Below are positions 1 to 12,477 of a stretch of DNA of 64,000 nucleotides, one piece after another. The first letter of the stretch is position 1, and each line of letters starts with the position of its first letter. Below the pieces are notes generated by a model. The model saw only the letters and a list, made by a program, of their open reading frames with translations. It did not search any database and was not told the DNA's origin. The DNA is from Gnetum montanum. Its lineage: Eukaryota > Plantae > Gnetophyta. A program made the position numbers and the translations under genes. The stretch lies in contig MNCI01000625.1 of assembly GCA_015680685.1 (NCBI GenBank), positions 131,571-195,570 of the forward strand. Reading direction: 5' to 3'.

Positions 1-302
1 AAATATTTGTAAACTACCTTAGGAATATCATTGTAATTTTGAAATCCTAATAGTGTAACTCTTTGCCAAGTATTTGCCATCCTATTCCTTTGGATAATTG
101 AACTCTTAAACTTTCTAGATCTTCTCTTATAAATCGATAAACCAGATATAATGGGTGATCTTCTTGATCTTCTAGTTTTCACTCCACTACTTGTTCCCAA
201 TTCAAAAACTTTCTTTTGTTCTTTTGATGAAGAATCAGTCTTAGAATCAAGAATATCTTTCGAAACTTTTAAATTTTCCAAACTATTAATCTTCTTGGTC
301 AT
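1..302 (-). pseudogene. Open frame running off the window edge; probably the N-terminus of a retrotransposon gag
   Basis: Minus-strand frame from ATG at 302 is open to the window edge: MTKKINSLENLKV...RMANTWQRVTLLGFQNYNDIPKVVYKY. It resembles the segment preceding 'LPKF' in gypsy gag. A weak PBS-like sequence lies at ~508-521. Confidence 0.3.
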
Positions 303-976
303 GAATTGAAAATAGTATTTAATTTCTTAAGCCTTTATAGTAACAAAGAATTTTTGATGTGCTAAAATTATAAGACTTATGAACTTAGAGGCTAAATATT
401 CTGCCCTCCTTCTAGTGCCAAAAGAACTATTGGCAATCGTTTGGGATGCGACTACCAACGAGTGTCCTCGAATAGGATTTAGGTGCTTGCTGGTCTCTAG
501 GAACACCAAGGCCCAGATACCTTTAAATAGACTCAGTAGTTAATGTGAGTATGTGTGTGTGCTATTGCGGTGTGCTCTTGTGAAAAATGAAACGATTGGG
601 TTCTGTGTAAAACTATAAATGACTTATCTTAAAGAGATTCAGCCAACTTTGCAAAGTACTGTGAGTTGTTGAGAGTTCTTATTCTGTTCAATTGCCTAGT
701 CTATGTGGTCCTTATAATACCTACTTGTAACAAATAAAGTTTTGTAAAAATATTTGAGCACAACTTTGCGAATCTACTTCTAATTTTTCCCAGAGAAAGA
801 GATAGTTCCACAAGAAAACTAGAAATAAAGTGAGATTCAATGGAAATAGAAAGAAGAAAAAAAAAGCAAATTTGTGTAAAGCTCTCAATGTTTAAACAAG
901 GTAAAATGATATGAGTAAACACTTCACAATAAAGCTATCCCAAATTCAATAACTACGAATTGTTCAAACTTCCAAG

Positions 977-1023
977 NNNNNNNNNNNNNNNNNNNNNNNN
1001 NNNNNNNNNNNNNNNNNNNNNNN
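977..1023. other. Assembly gap (N run); single Ns also at 41660 and 55641
   Basis: Seen directly. The N at 55641 coincides with a jump in element D pol relative to element B, so it probably hides missing sequence. Confidence 0.98.
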
Positions 1024-1367
1024 TATGGAAAAATTTTAATAGAAATTTTCTATCATGCAACAAGAATAATAAGAGCAATCTAAAAATCCCAAAATTACTT
1101 GCCAAGCATGATACTATCTAAACCACTAGCTAAACAATTTAAACAAAATAAAAAATAAACATAACTCACAAGACTATGACAAAGAGGCTGAAATGTTGTC
1201 TTTAACAAGTCATCTTACAAGCAATCTTTCCAATGTATTCTTTACAAATGCTCCTTCTCCCCAGCCACCAAGACCCAGAGTGTATCCTTTCTTCTAACCC
1301 TTGAAGCCTTTTTATAGGGTCTCATAGGTAGTTAGATATTACAAAATATCGTAGGTAACTTCTCTCC

Positions 1368-1460
1368 CAAGTAAGGAAGTTATAACTTTCCCAACAAGTT
1401 AGGAGATATTACTTGCCCAACAAGTTAGGAAGTTATAACTTATACATGAAGTTAGGAGAA
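1368..1460. repeat. Short imperfect tandem repeat (~27 bp) in an LTR-like segment (~1040-1600)
   Basis: aagtaaggaagttataactttcccaac / aagttaggagatattacttgcccaac / aagttaggaagttataact. Nearby TATA-like tttatagg and a tgttaca end at ~1596. Confidence 0.5.
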
Positions 1461-2278
1461 AATCATGCTAACATTGGCATGTGTCTTTTGGTAATTTAAA
1501 ATTAGCTACAATTATCATGGAATTTTACTTAACTATAATATTCCATAGGAATAAAATGGATACTAACTAAATGTCCCCTTTATATAGGATGTTACACAAA
1601 TATCCCAAAAATTTATTTTTTCTTTTTCAATAATAATAATAATTTTATCAAAGATGAGCTTTTGCACAAAGAATTAGCCATTTCTTGGTCATCGATATAA
1701 CCCAAGAAATCCCTTTTATAGAGCTAGTGATAAGATACCATCTAATTGTGAGGCATGAAAAATTCTATGGAAATTTCCCCTTAGTTATTTGCTTTGGGCC
1801 AAAGATAGAAGCCACCGTTCTAGCTAGTTATGCCTAGAAGACATAGCTTTAGCAACAAATTGACTCTTAGAGTTCCCTTTTCATGGAGCTGGAGGACATT
1901 GGTCATCCCAACATGCTGTTCCACTGCACCTGCAACTGCCCTTGGGACTGGTTTTGGCCATAGAATCTTTTTAATTTTCTGGAATTGATTTTCCTATTCT
2001 TTGATAGATTTTATTTTCACAACCTTGACATATATGCTGATCACCTATAGTCATAAAATTAATCCTTTTTACCATATATTTCTCCAAGCGTTAGGCGTCA
2101 TCGTGCAGGTGGGACAGGTGCCAGATCAAGGGTTTGTGAACTATCATGTTGTGAGGGATGAGGGTAATCAGGCAATGCATAGGCGTAGCAGGCTCCATCG
2201 CTATCATTGTCGTAACTGATGTTATGGATGGCCACCCACATGCTACCACATCGTCCGCCTCATATGCCTATTACCGTT

Positions 2279-2401
2279 CCACTCCGTCGATGTTTTGCTA
2301 TCCGTCACTGCAACGATCCACCATCCTTGGAGCCTGGCTAGTTTGCGAATTTCTTTAGTTGGGGGAACTGAAACTACAACAACCATCCATTTCTCAGCCC
2401 T
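2279..2401 (-). pseudogene. Fragment of a STELLO-like (DUF288) glycosyltransferase gene
   Basis: RAEKWMVVVVSVPPTKEIRKLARLQGWWIVAVTDSKTSTEW aligns by eye, without gaps, to the STELLO N-terminal block R-x-EKWIVVSV..PT..L..L.KI.GWQVLAIGNS.TP.DW. Similarity stops abruptly on both sides. Confidence 0.65.
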
Positions 2402-5400
2402 TTGTTCTTCAGCGATTCCAGAGACCATTGCTGGTGCATTCCTGGCTTTAGCTGCATTCTTCGATTTCACGCGTTGATCATTACCAGAAACATAAACTCT
2501 GCATTTGTTGCATCTGATTTGCAGAGAATCTGCCCAACCGTAGGGACACACTTCTTCATCTTCAGGTAGATCACACATCAAATAGAATTGACACCTTACT
2601 CCTGCTCGATTTGGGGCCAAGAAAAAGAAAAAAATGAATGACTGTGGAGTCTGAAGGTAGCGGCCTGCAACTCTGACCATAACCTCCCACTCACAACTAC
2701 TTCTTATATCTCATTATTTTATCTAAGGGGTGTGCTTTCAATTCCCATGTTTTTTCTAATGGGAACCACACCATTCTTCCTATTAATAGTTGACATTAGA
2801 AATGGTGAGGAATCAATGAAAATCCTCATAAAACTCAATAAGGTATGTAGGTACAAAAGGTAACAAGGCTTCTTAAAGACACATCTTTATTAATTTCACT
2901 TCATTCATTTCAAGTTTATTATATATTAAGGTCACAAATTCTTTTATAAGTTGTAATTAACAAAAGGATCTCATGCTTCTAAGATGAAAGAACTCTATGA
3001 GTTGAGTGGAATGGATGGATGACGTGAGCTCACTTCTTGACACCTTAATAAGACCAATGTTCCATTAATTGATGTCATAATTCAATGATAAAATCTAGTT
3101 GCTAAGTAATCAATTTAACCATGAAATATAGTTTGATTGAACTTCCAATAATTAGCAGTTGGATTAAGCACTAAAGTCCTTATGGCAATAAAGAAGAAAA
3201 CACATGTAAGAAAATTTAAGCAAGGGAAAAATATAAAATAAATTGCAAAATATTCAATAAAATGGAAAACATATAAAGAATAGGGTAAAATAAAAAAGTT
3301 GAAAAACTATGGAGCTATTACAAGATCTTAGCATGGATGGCCATCTCTCCCATAACTAAGTTGGAAGGAGGAGATCTAAAAGATAAAATGAGCTTGGCCA
3401 TTAGTTATCCTTGATTATAAGAAAGGTTTGATATGTTGCATGTTGATGAGCAATCATTTTTGTGGGCTAAAAGGATTGTAAATTGTCATGGCCCCAGATG
3501 GAAAGGTTGCATGAATAATATAAGGTCCTTCCCATAGCATTTGGAATTTTTTGCATTGAGGTACGTGCATGGGATTCCAGTAAAGAATGTTATCTCCTGG
3601 TTGAAATTTGACATTTCTTCTTTTAAGGTCATGAAATTGCTTTTTGTGTGCCTTGTACACTTCATTCAAGGATAAAGCCACTAATTGATTTTTTCTAATG
3701 TGTTTAAATTCATTTATTGTTCTCTTTGGACTAACTCATAAGAAGAATAACCTATAGGAAGTTTCAAAAGCTGTTGAGAGTGTATGAAGCTTTGCTTGGA
3801 TAGAAAGAATTGGGAGTTTCCCATACACTAACTTGTAAGGGGAATAACCTATAAGAAGTTTCCATGTTAATCAATAAGTCTAAAGAGCATTATTGAGTGT
3901 GGGCTCTATTCCTTCCTATACTTATTAATTGTACAAGTTAGTATCTTAGTTATTTTCCTATTAGTGACATTGACTTGATTGTTGGTTTAGGGGGTGGTGT
4001 GGAGTTATGCATTTGTGTTTGACCCCCAAGTGTTGCATAAGTTTATGAAAAGTGGCATCTAAAAAATATGTTTCATTATCTAAAATTAGTGCCCTTGGCA
4101 CACCAAACCTATTTACCACATTTTTCTGTACAAACCATTCCATCATACAGGATGAATAGTTGGTGATGGTGGCAGCTTCAACCCACTTAGTGTAGTAGTC
4201 AATAGTGATGATGATATATGCCTTTCTATTGGACATAGGGTTGATGGACCCCATGAAGTTAATGTCCCAAAGATCAAAAGCGTCTAGTGGTTGGATTCAT
4301 TATTGGTGCTCTTCCATCTATGTAATCATCACTTCACCTCTTTAGCATCTATCACATGAATGGAAGACTTGAGGGACATCCCTAAAGAGCATCAGCTAGG
4401 ATTTTAATGATTTTAATGATTGTCCTTCTCCCAGCATAGTGGATCCCACAAGGACCTTCATGAGTGTCCTAGAGGACTCAAAGTTTATCATCATCAGGTA
4501 CACACCATTGTACCAAGCCATTAGAACAACTCTTGTAGAGATTGCCCTTAATTTCCATGTAGTGTTTGGCTTAGGAATGAAATTTTTGTTTCTTCTTGTT
4601 GTCCCATTCATGTGGCATATGCTAAGTGATCAAGTAGGAGAGGATGCGATCATACCAAGTGGAATATTTGGGATTTTCAACTTCAATAGCTCCAGTAAAG
4701 AGGAGTTCATCTAGAAACTAATCAGATAATGATCTTTCATCCTTCTTGCTGCCAATCATAACCAAGACAATTGGTTAGAAACCACATTCTTAGTCCCATT
4801 TTTGTCTATCATAGTTAGATCAAAATCTTGAATAATCAATAGTCACCATATGACATGGGGGCTCACCATTGGTTTGTTCATAAGGAAATAGATAGCACTG
4901 TGGTCTATGTGCACAAACGCTTGATATCCAAGCACATAGTGCTTGAATTTCTCTAAGGCATACACCACTACAATGAGCTCCTTTTTGGTCATTTTGTAGT
5001 TTAATTGTGCATCCACAATGCTCTTACTTGCATAATGGATATAGTAGGGATGTTTTTAATCATCCAATCATGTAATCACAACCTCCAAAAGATAATTGGA
5101 TGCATCAATCATGATGTCGAATGACCTGGACCAATCAAGTACTCATAGAATTGTATTTTTTATGAGCTTCTATTTTAACTATTAGAATGCACTTTTGCAT
5201 TCCATGGTTTAGGTGAATGATGCATCCTTTTTTGTTAGCTTCATCAACAATTTATCAATTTTCAAAAATTTCTCAATGAAGCACCTATAATAACTAGTAT
5301 GACCAAGGAATGACCTTACATCTTTCACTATTTCAAGTTACTTGGTTATTTCTTGGATAACCTGTACTTTTTCTAGGTCCACCTTGATCCCTTTGTTGGG

Positions 5401-5933
5401 AATTATATGCCCTAAAACAATGCCTTCTTAAAACATCAAGTGGCTATTTTGGTAATTGAGCATCAAATTAGTCTCCACACATCTTTGAAGTACTTGCTCA
5501 AGGTAGTTCAAGTCTTGGTCAAATATAGCCCCATAGGTTAAGAAGCCATCCATGAAGACTTCCACCCTTGTACCAATTGGTTGTTGAAAGATGCTAAGGA
5601 CCAATCATTGGAATATAGCAAGAACATTACATAGGCCAAAGGGCATCTTTTTATATGTAAAATTCCTTGAGGGACTTGTGAATGTAGTTTTGTCCTAGTT
5701 CTCCAGTGCTATCTAAATTTTGTTATAGCCACTATAATCATCTAGAAAGCTATAATAACAATGTCCTACTATGGTGTTCAACACCTAGTCTACAAATGAA
5801 AATAGAAAGTGGTTCTTGTATGTTGCCATGTTCAATAGAAAAAGCCTATGTAGACTCTCCACTTTCCTCCTTTCATTGGGATGATAATGAGTGGGGCAAT
5901 CCATTCACTATCTACAATTGAGTAAATGAACCT

Positions 5934-7296
5934 TGAAACACCATAGGAAAATGCATGTTACAACCTTTTGGCATTGTAACCTTCACCCCTACACTTGGGA
6001 CTGGGTTTTCATTGTAAAATGTAAGGTTTGTAGTCCTTGAGTTGCAATCTCACATACCATAACTTTTTGGGGCTAAAAATGCCTCATAAGATGTCATAGC
6101 TAAATTTTTGAAGTGGAACAAGTCATATCATGTCTATATTTGGTCTTGGGAAGGCTGAAAATGCCTTGGAAACTGCCAGATTTAGCATTTTCATGGATTT
6201 TTTATAGGTCATAACCACAACTATGCTAGAAACACTTATACCCAACATTAGTGGTGTTGGGTTTTCATTTTCCTAGAAAAACCTAACGTAGTTTCCACAA
6301 AATCCAATGTTGATGTCACAAGGCTAGTGCTGGGGTTGATGAGTTTCTATTTTCTTCATGAAGCCAACATTGAAGTGGTTGGGGTTTCTAGTTTTCCAAC
6401 AAGGTAAGTGTTGCACCATTAATTCTAGCATTGCTTCATCAATTTTAGCGTGGATTCCAAGATGCTAGTGTAGTTCCCATGAAGAAAGCATAGTTGGATT
6501 AGTTTGGCTACTATTTTTGGCATCCAAAGTGATTTTGGTGGCTTGGGTGCATCAAAACTTTCTAAAAATGGGAAACTACATTGGAAATTATAGCCTATCA
6601 CACTTGTAAATCAAATCAATCTATTAGTAATCATGGCAGGAATCTACAATATCAAAACCAACAACCATGAGACCTATAGAACAAATTTCAAAGACTTTTT
6701 TGACCAGCTAACCTTTTCAACTTGAGCACTTGAAACCTTTAGCATTTTGTAAAGCTTTTCAAATAATTTGGTATCAAATTAGGCATTTGAGACTCCTAGC
6801 ATAGTGAAAAAATTCCAAAAAGCCAAATACCTTTATTCCCATATGTTACCAATGCTACAGATTTGAGATGAAAATCCCTAAGGAGTTTGGTGATTAAAGT
6901 TTGGAAATACCAAGATTGTAAAGTTGAATGCAGATCACAACCTGTTGGCTTCAATAGGCTTCAAGCTTTGTTTAAGCAACTCCTTGTGCATTGAAGCATA
7001 AAACTTGTACACATTTGAACTTTGCTTTTGTAGTAATTTTATTATTATTAATAAAGTTTACAATTTATTAGTTATGAAAGTTTATTTCAAGATTAGTTTT
7101 TATGGTTTTTTTTAATTGGATTTCTATTTTTATTCAAATTATCTACCTTACTTACACTAACTAAGTCCTTGGGTGATTAACAAAACCATCTAGGGAACCT
7201 TGGATCCTATTACTCAAAGGTTTTTGGGATCCATGGTTAAGGCTATTCCACTTGGAATTTTTGATTTTCTAGCAACTAAATTTTTTAGGTGCAATA
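5934..7296 (+). repeat. 5' LTR of element B
   Basis: Starts TGAAACACCA and is colinear with 25889-27260 throughout. Confidence 0.9.
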
Positions 7297-7302
7297 GTTT
7301 TC

Positions 7303-7319
7303 TAGTGCTAGAAGGAGGG
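7303..7319 (+). promoter_or_regulatory. Primer binding site (tRNA-Asn) of element B
   Basis: tagtgctagaaggaggg is a decayed TGGCGCTAGAAGGAGG, complementary to the 3' end of plant tRNA-Asn. Confidence 0.8.
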
Positions 7320-8029
7320 CATGATCCTCCACCCAAGCTTTTTGCCAAATCCTACTTTGCCCCTTTCGAAATTTTTTTTTCTTTTTTACAAGTTTAAACT
7401 AAAAAAAAAAGCATCTAAAATTTTCTACTAAGAAAACTAATGCTGCTACCCATTTCCCTACAACTAATACCCAACGTATCAGTTGTAAGTGATTTGGGTG
7501 TTCACATAATTTTCATAACAATTGGATTTTTCAAAGCCAGCATGGTTGCCTACAAAACTTGCTACTTTTTCTCATAGAAACCTACCTTTGTGTGTGTTCC
7601 AAAGGCTAGTGTGATTTTGCTTCAAAAATTCAAACCCCCTGCCATGAAATTTTGTGAGCAAAGCCACCATAGCCCCTTCCAAGACTCAAGCGTAGCTCTT
7701 GGAAAATTAACATTTTACATTCATATTTTTTAAAACCACTACACCTTCTTTAAGAGGGCATATATTTAATGTTGTTTTGGTGGGGAAGGCAATTAATTTC
7801 TTACCCTACCCCAGTGTAGCTCTTGCTGGTAAGGCTAGCATAGTTGGTTTTACCAACACTAATATTCTCATATTTTTCCTAAATGCAGTGCATACCACTA
7901 CCACTGCAACTTGCACTGCACCTATAGTTGTAGTTACAATCATTTTTTAATCAAAGCCCCTTACACCTTGTGCAATTTTGCTTTTTAAAATTTTTCATCT
8001 AATTAATCAAAATTAAAATTATTGATAAT

Positions 8030-11000
8030 GTCTTTCAGCCAGTCCAAAATTTTGTCCCCTTACTTTGATAGACATCACATCGAGCCAAAATGCCATGAGG
8101 ATTTATGAACCAAAAGACCTTGTTGTAGCTAAGTGTAGATAATCACTCAGGCTAAGGGTACAAAGCTTGAATTTTTTTCATCATTGATGAAACTTACTAT
8201 AATTTCATCTATGCCAAAATTTAGGTCAGTTTCCTCATCCCATGTGTAGATGCTAAATCTAAATGTGAGTATGAGCTAATCCATCATAATAAGGAGTACA
8301 TTCCTTCCCCATATGACAAGATTTCTCATTTAATTAAGATGGGTGAACAAGATAGGAAGTCAAGCTTGGAGGACCAACACAAAGAAAAGGATGAGTTTGA
8401 GGCTAAGTTGGAACCCAAAAACATTTTAGGGAGCCTCTTTCAATAGTTGACTTCCCAAGCCACTAGGTCCATATCAGCCTCTCTTACCTCCCCCATGGGG
8501 TAGATCCCTTAATCCTTTTTTTTCATGTACCCTACCATGTTTAGAGCAACACCTAATATAGCGACACACCAAGCATAATTAGTGTCTCAAACAATGTTCC
8601 TTTTCTCATCTATTCCTTTTGCCACATAGCCTCAATATGCACAACCATCATCGGTGGTCATAACCATCACTCATCCATTTTCTATGCCAATGGGCCCCAC
8701 AGTGAGAACTCAAGTGATGCAAGGATTGCATACACCATTTGTCACCTTCACTCCATAGGTGCTAGTATAAACCTCCTTTTCATTATTCAGCCCTCCTATA
8801 GCAATGATCATCCAACCTCTCCACTCTTTGCTACAATCCATCACGAGGCCACAAGCCTCTCAATTCACACTACAACCATATGTGCAAACCCCACAACCTA
8901 TAGGGATGCCCCAAGGCTTAGATCAAGCCTTTCAAAAGATCCAATACTTTATAGAAGAGTTATAAAAGCTTAAAGCTTCAACAATTGAGACAGTTAAAAT
9001 CATGAACTTTTATAAAGATGATCCTATCAATCTAGTTATCCCACAAATAACTCTTTCCATGGGCATCCCCATATCCTAATTTACCAAATATAATGGTGAG
9101 GGTGACCCCAATGCTCATCTCATCACCTACTACCCTAAGTGCTTGTTGCTATAGGCTTGGCCTCATATCATAATGAAGATATTTCCTATGTCTCTTACCA
9201 GGAAGACATTAGACTAGTATTGTGCATTACCCTAAGGATCTATATCCTTGCTTGAAGACTTGATATCACAATTCATGAACCATTTCATGTATAACTTGAA
9301 ACTTGAAACCACCCTGGACCAACTAATGAAAATCAAATAGGGGCCTCTTGAATAAGTTTAGAAGTTCATCCAATGGTGGAATGCTCTATTGAATGAGATT
9401 CTTGAATTCATAGTTGAAATCCATCCTTTAGCCATATTCAAGGGGGTGGTCAATGACTTTATCAAGTCAAAAGTTTACTACCTAGACCTACAGACACTCA
9501 GTCAAGCCTTCTCCCAAACCAAGAACATAGAGGATGTGGCTAAGCCTAGTAACAACCCCACCTACATGGCATATAAGAACCAACACACTTGGAAGAATAA
9601 TAAGAAGGGGAGTTTATACCATGTAGCTGTGGCCACTATTGCCAAAGATACTAAGACTATATAGGGGTCTAAAATGAATCAACCTAAGGATCCTACCATG
9701 AATAACCAACCATCAACATCTAGGGCCTCTACATCAGGCAACATAAGGCTTAACTTCAAAAGAAAAGATCTACCAAAGTACACTAGGTTACCCTCGAAAC
9801 CGTTTGAACTCCTTGACTAGTTGCTAAAGAGTAGGAGGATCCAATACAAGAACATGATATAGAATGCCCACAAGAGGCATGCTTGATTATGTGAGATTGT
9901 AAAGAATCCTACTTTGACAACCAAGGATGATCCACCCATGCCTAATAACTTTAAACTTGATCAATTCTGTTACTATCATCAACTACTAGGTCATGATACC
10001 GAATTTTGCCTAGCTCTCAAGGATGTCCTATAGAAGATGCTAGATAATAGTGAATTGGTGCTTTCTACCTTTAAACTAGTTAGGCCACAAAATGATTTCA
10101 TGCAAGTTTATAAAGACCTATTGAATGCCAACAATAGCCCTTACACCATAGTGGCATTCAATGTAAACAAAAACTCTAGACTTACACAAGAGCTAGTCAT
10201 AATTCAAATGCCTCCTCGCAATGATAGGAGCCCTTCAACTTCATCTAGTTCAATGTCCCCTTTTTTTGTAAGGATACCATCACCTACACCTCCCAATAAA
10301 CCTTTTTTGATTAGAGTACCCCCTCCCATGATAACCTACCCATCAACTACAGCTAAACAACGTCCTTCCATGGTGGATAACACAATGTTCATAGCCCAAC
10401 AAAAATAAGAAATCACCAATGAAACAATGTAAGAAGTCCATGCCAAAGCCCAAAAGTAAAGATAACAATCAGACTAAGGCATAAAAGGAGGTGAGCCTAC
10501 TGAAGCCCACTCCTATCTCATCCATCCTTATGAGCTTCAACACTCAAGTTTCTTTGACTAGTCAATCAAGGGATGATTCCAAGCAACAAGGAAGGGGAAA
10601 GAGAATAAGTTACTACTATTCAAGCATGAAGTTCACATCCTGGGATGCATGGAGGAAGTTAAAGTCAATAAAAACAAGAAGCAAACAACCAATGATAGAG
10701 ATTTCCTCAACACAATGGAATAGGTTAAGTAGTCTTTAAAATAAAAGAACACTTCCCTTAGCTTGTATGACCTAGTAATAACCTCCACTACTCATTGTGA
10801 GGCACTAGTAAAAATTTTGATTTCTATCCCTATTAGCAAGGACATCCATGCTAGTGAAGAGTCTATCCATGTAGTGATTGTACCACCTTCACCAAGGGAA
10901 GAAACAAAGTCAACGATGCTAGTGTTCCATGACAACAAGATCAAGACCAACCCCTAGGATGGCAAGACAACCAAGGATCCTCTCTTCATAACAATAAGGA

Positions 11001-11615
11001 TGGGACAATACAAGGTAAATAGAATGCACATGGATGATGGGGTGGCCACTAACATTATACCCTATACCATTGTTGAATGTTTGGGCCTAGTAGCACACGT
11101 GCAACATACCTCAACTTCCACTCTCAAATCTTTCAATAGATCATAGGTTCTAGGTAAAGGTTCAATCTCTTTGAACTTTGTAGTAGGGAAAAAATTCCCC
11201 ATAACAACTAATTTCTTGGTGGTGGAAGAGAAACCAAGATTTAAGCTTATTTTAGGGAGGCCTTGGCTACCTCAATTATGAGTTGTTTCCTCACCCATCC
11301 ACTAAGAAATTCACCTACCTTACAAGGGAGATGAAATGATTCTCCACAGCAACACTGTAGTTCCCTTGGTACTCAACAATGTTAACATAGAACAAGGGTC
11401 TAAAGTGGAGTTTTAGGAAGAAACTCCCTCTATTAATGATGAAGTCCAGGAGCTTGATAGAGCAAAAGGCAAAAATTGACAACAATGGAACCATGGATGC
11501 ACCATGGGAAGAGCTCTCCTTTAGCATGGTTAGCAAAGGAAATGAGCAGATCATGCAACATAGACCTTACACCTTTTCTAACCTTTTGAAGATTAGGAAA
11601 CACTTGCATGGTTGA
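8030..11615 (+). pseudogene. gag: gag-protease of element B (many stops and frameshifts)
   Basis: FTKYNGEGDPNAHL capsid motif at ~9080; C-x2-H...H-x4-C-like knuckle at ~9965-10010; protease RMHMDDGVATNII at ~11020 and LILGRPWL at ~11250. The frame ends at TGA ~11613, aligned with the TAA of element D. Confidence 0.85.
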
Positions 11616-11910
11616 ACGTATGTTTCCTATTTGCTCACCCTATGACCATAACCATGTGGCCTTCTCTTTTGTTTTCTTGGCCTAATTTAACCTTCTATAC
11701 ATGTGTCATTTTTGCATTACTTTATTTTATCTTATTTTAACCTTATTTAGTATGTAACCTATAATTTACCTTTATTTATAGTTTATATTTTTATGTGTTT
11801 TTTGTTTTAAAAAATAGGCTAAAAAACCATAAAATTTTTAAAATCTAAAAAAATCTATAAAAATTTGAAAAAACATAAAACTTACAAAAATGGCTTTCTT
11901 TTAACACAAT

Positions 11911-12066
11911 GGCCCTTCTAAGGCCTAAAACTAGTAACACTCAAGGCCCATCATGGCCTAAAATTTGCAAACTGAGTGGCTTGCCATGGCCTAGAACTAC
12001 CAACGTGTGACCCACCATGGCCTAAAACTAGTAAAGTATGGTCCACCATGGTCTAAAATTGGCAAC
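11911..12066 (+). repeat. Array of five GGCC-loop-GGCC-TAAAACT hairpin units
   Basis: ggcccttctaaggcctaaaact, aggcccatcatggcctaaaatt, ggcttgccatggcctagaact, gacccaccatggcctaaaact, ggtccaccatggtctaaaatt. A further copy lies at 20435-20457. Confidence 0.8.
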
Positions 12067-12477
12067 ACTTTTACAACCTATTTATAGTCATGATGCCTTA
12101 GCTTACATTTTTGTTAGCCTAGTCAATTTTCATTTAATTTATCAAATTTTACCATTACAACTGCATGATTTAACCAATGTAGCCCAACATAGCCTCATAA
12201 CATGAACAAACCATGAAATACATAAGATGCATAAAACTAAAAATTCTAGAACAGATATACAAAATTAAAATTTTAAAATAAATATGATAGCCAAAATTTC
12301 CACAAATAGCCATGGTCACATAGTATAACAAAAGTATAATCAACAACATCATCCAACCATAGCTAAAGTGTGTAGTAATAACATAAAAAATATAGAATAA
12401 TCATTTTACAAGTAAAAAATGGGTAAGACTAGCCACAACATCATAATATCATCAAAAAAAAATAACTAAATACATGA

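Noticed and set aside
1-976. Endogenous pararetrovirus start (Met-PBS-like sequence at ~508-521)
   Set aside because: The PBS match is weak, and the downstream frame looks gag-like rather than movement-protein-like.
2700-3400. 3' LTR of element A
   Set aside because: No similarity to 31142-32019 could be seen; the element appears truncated.
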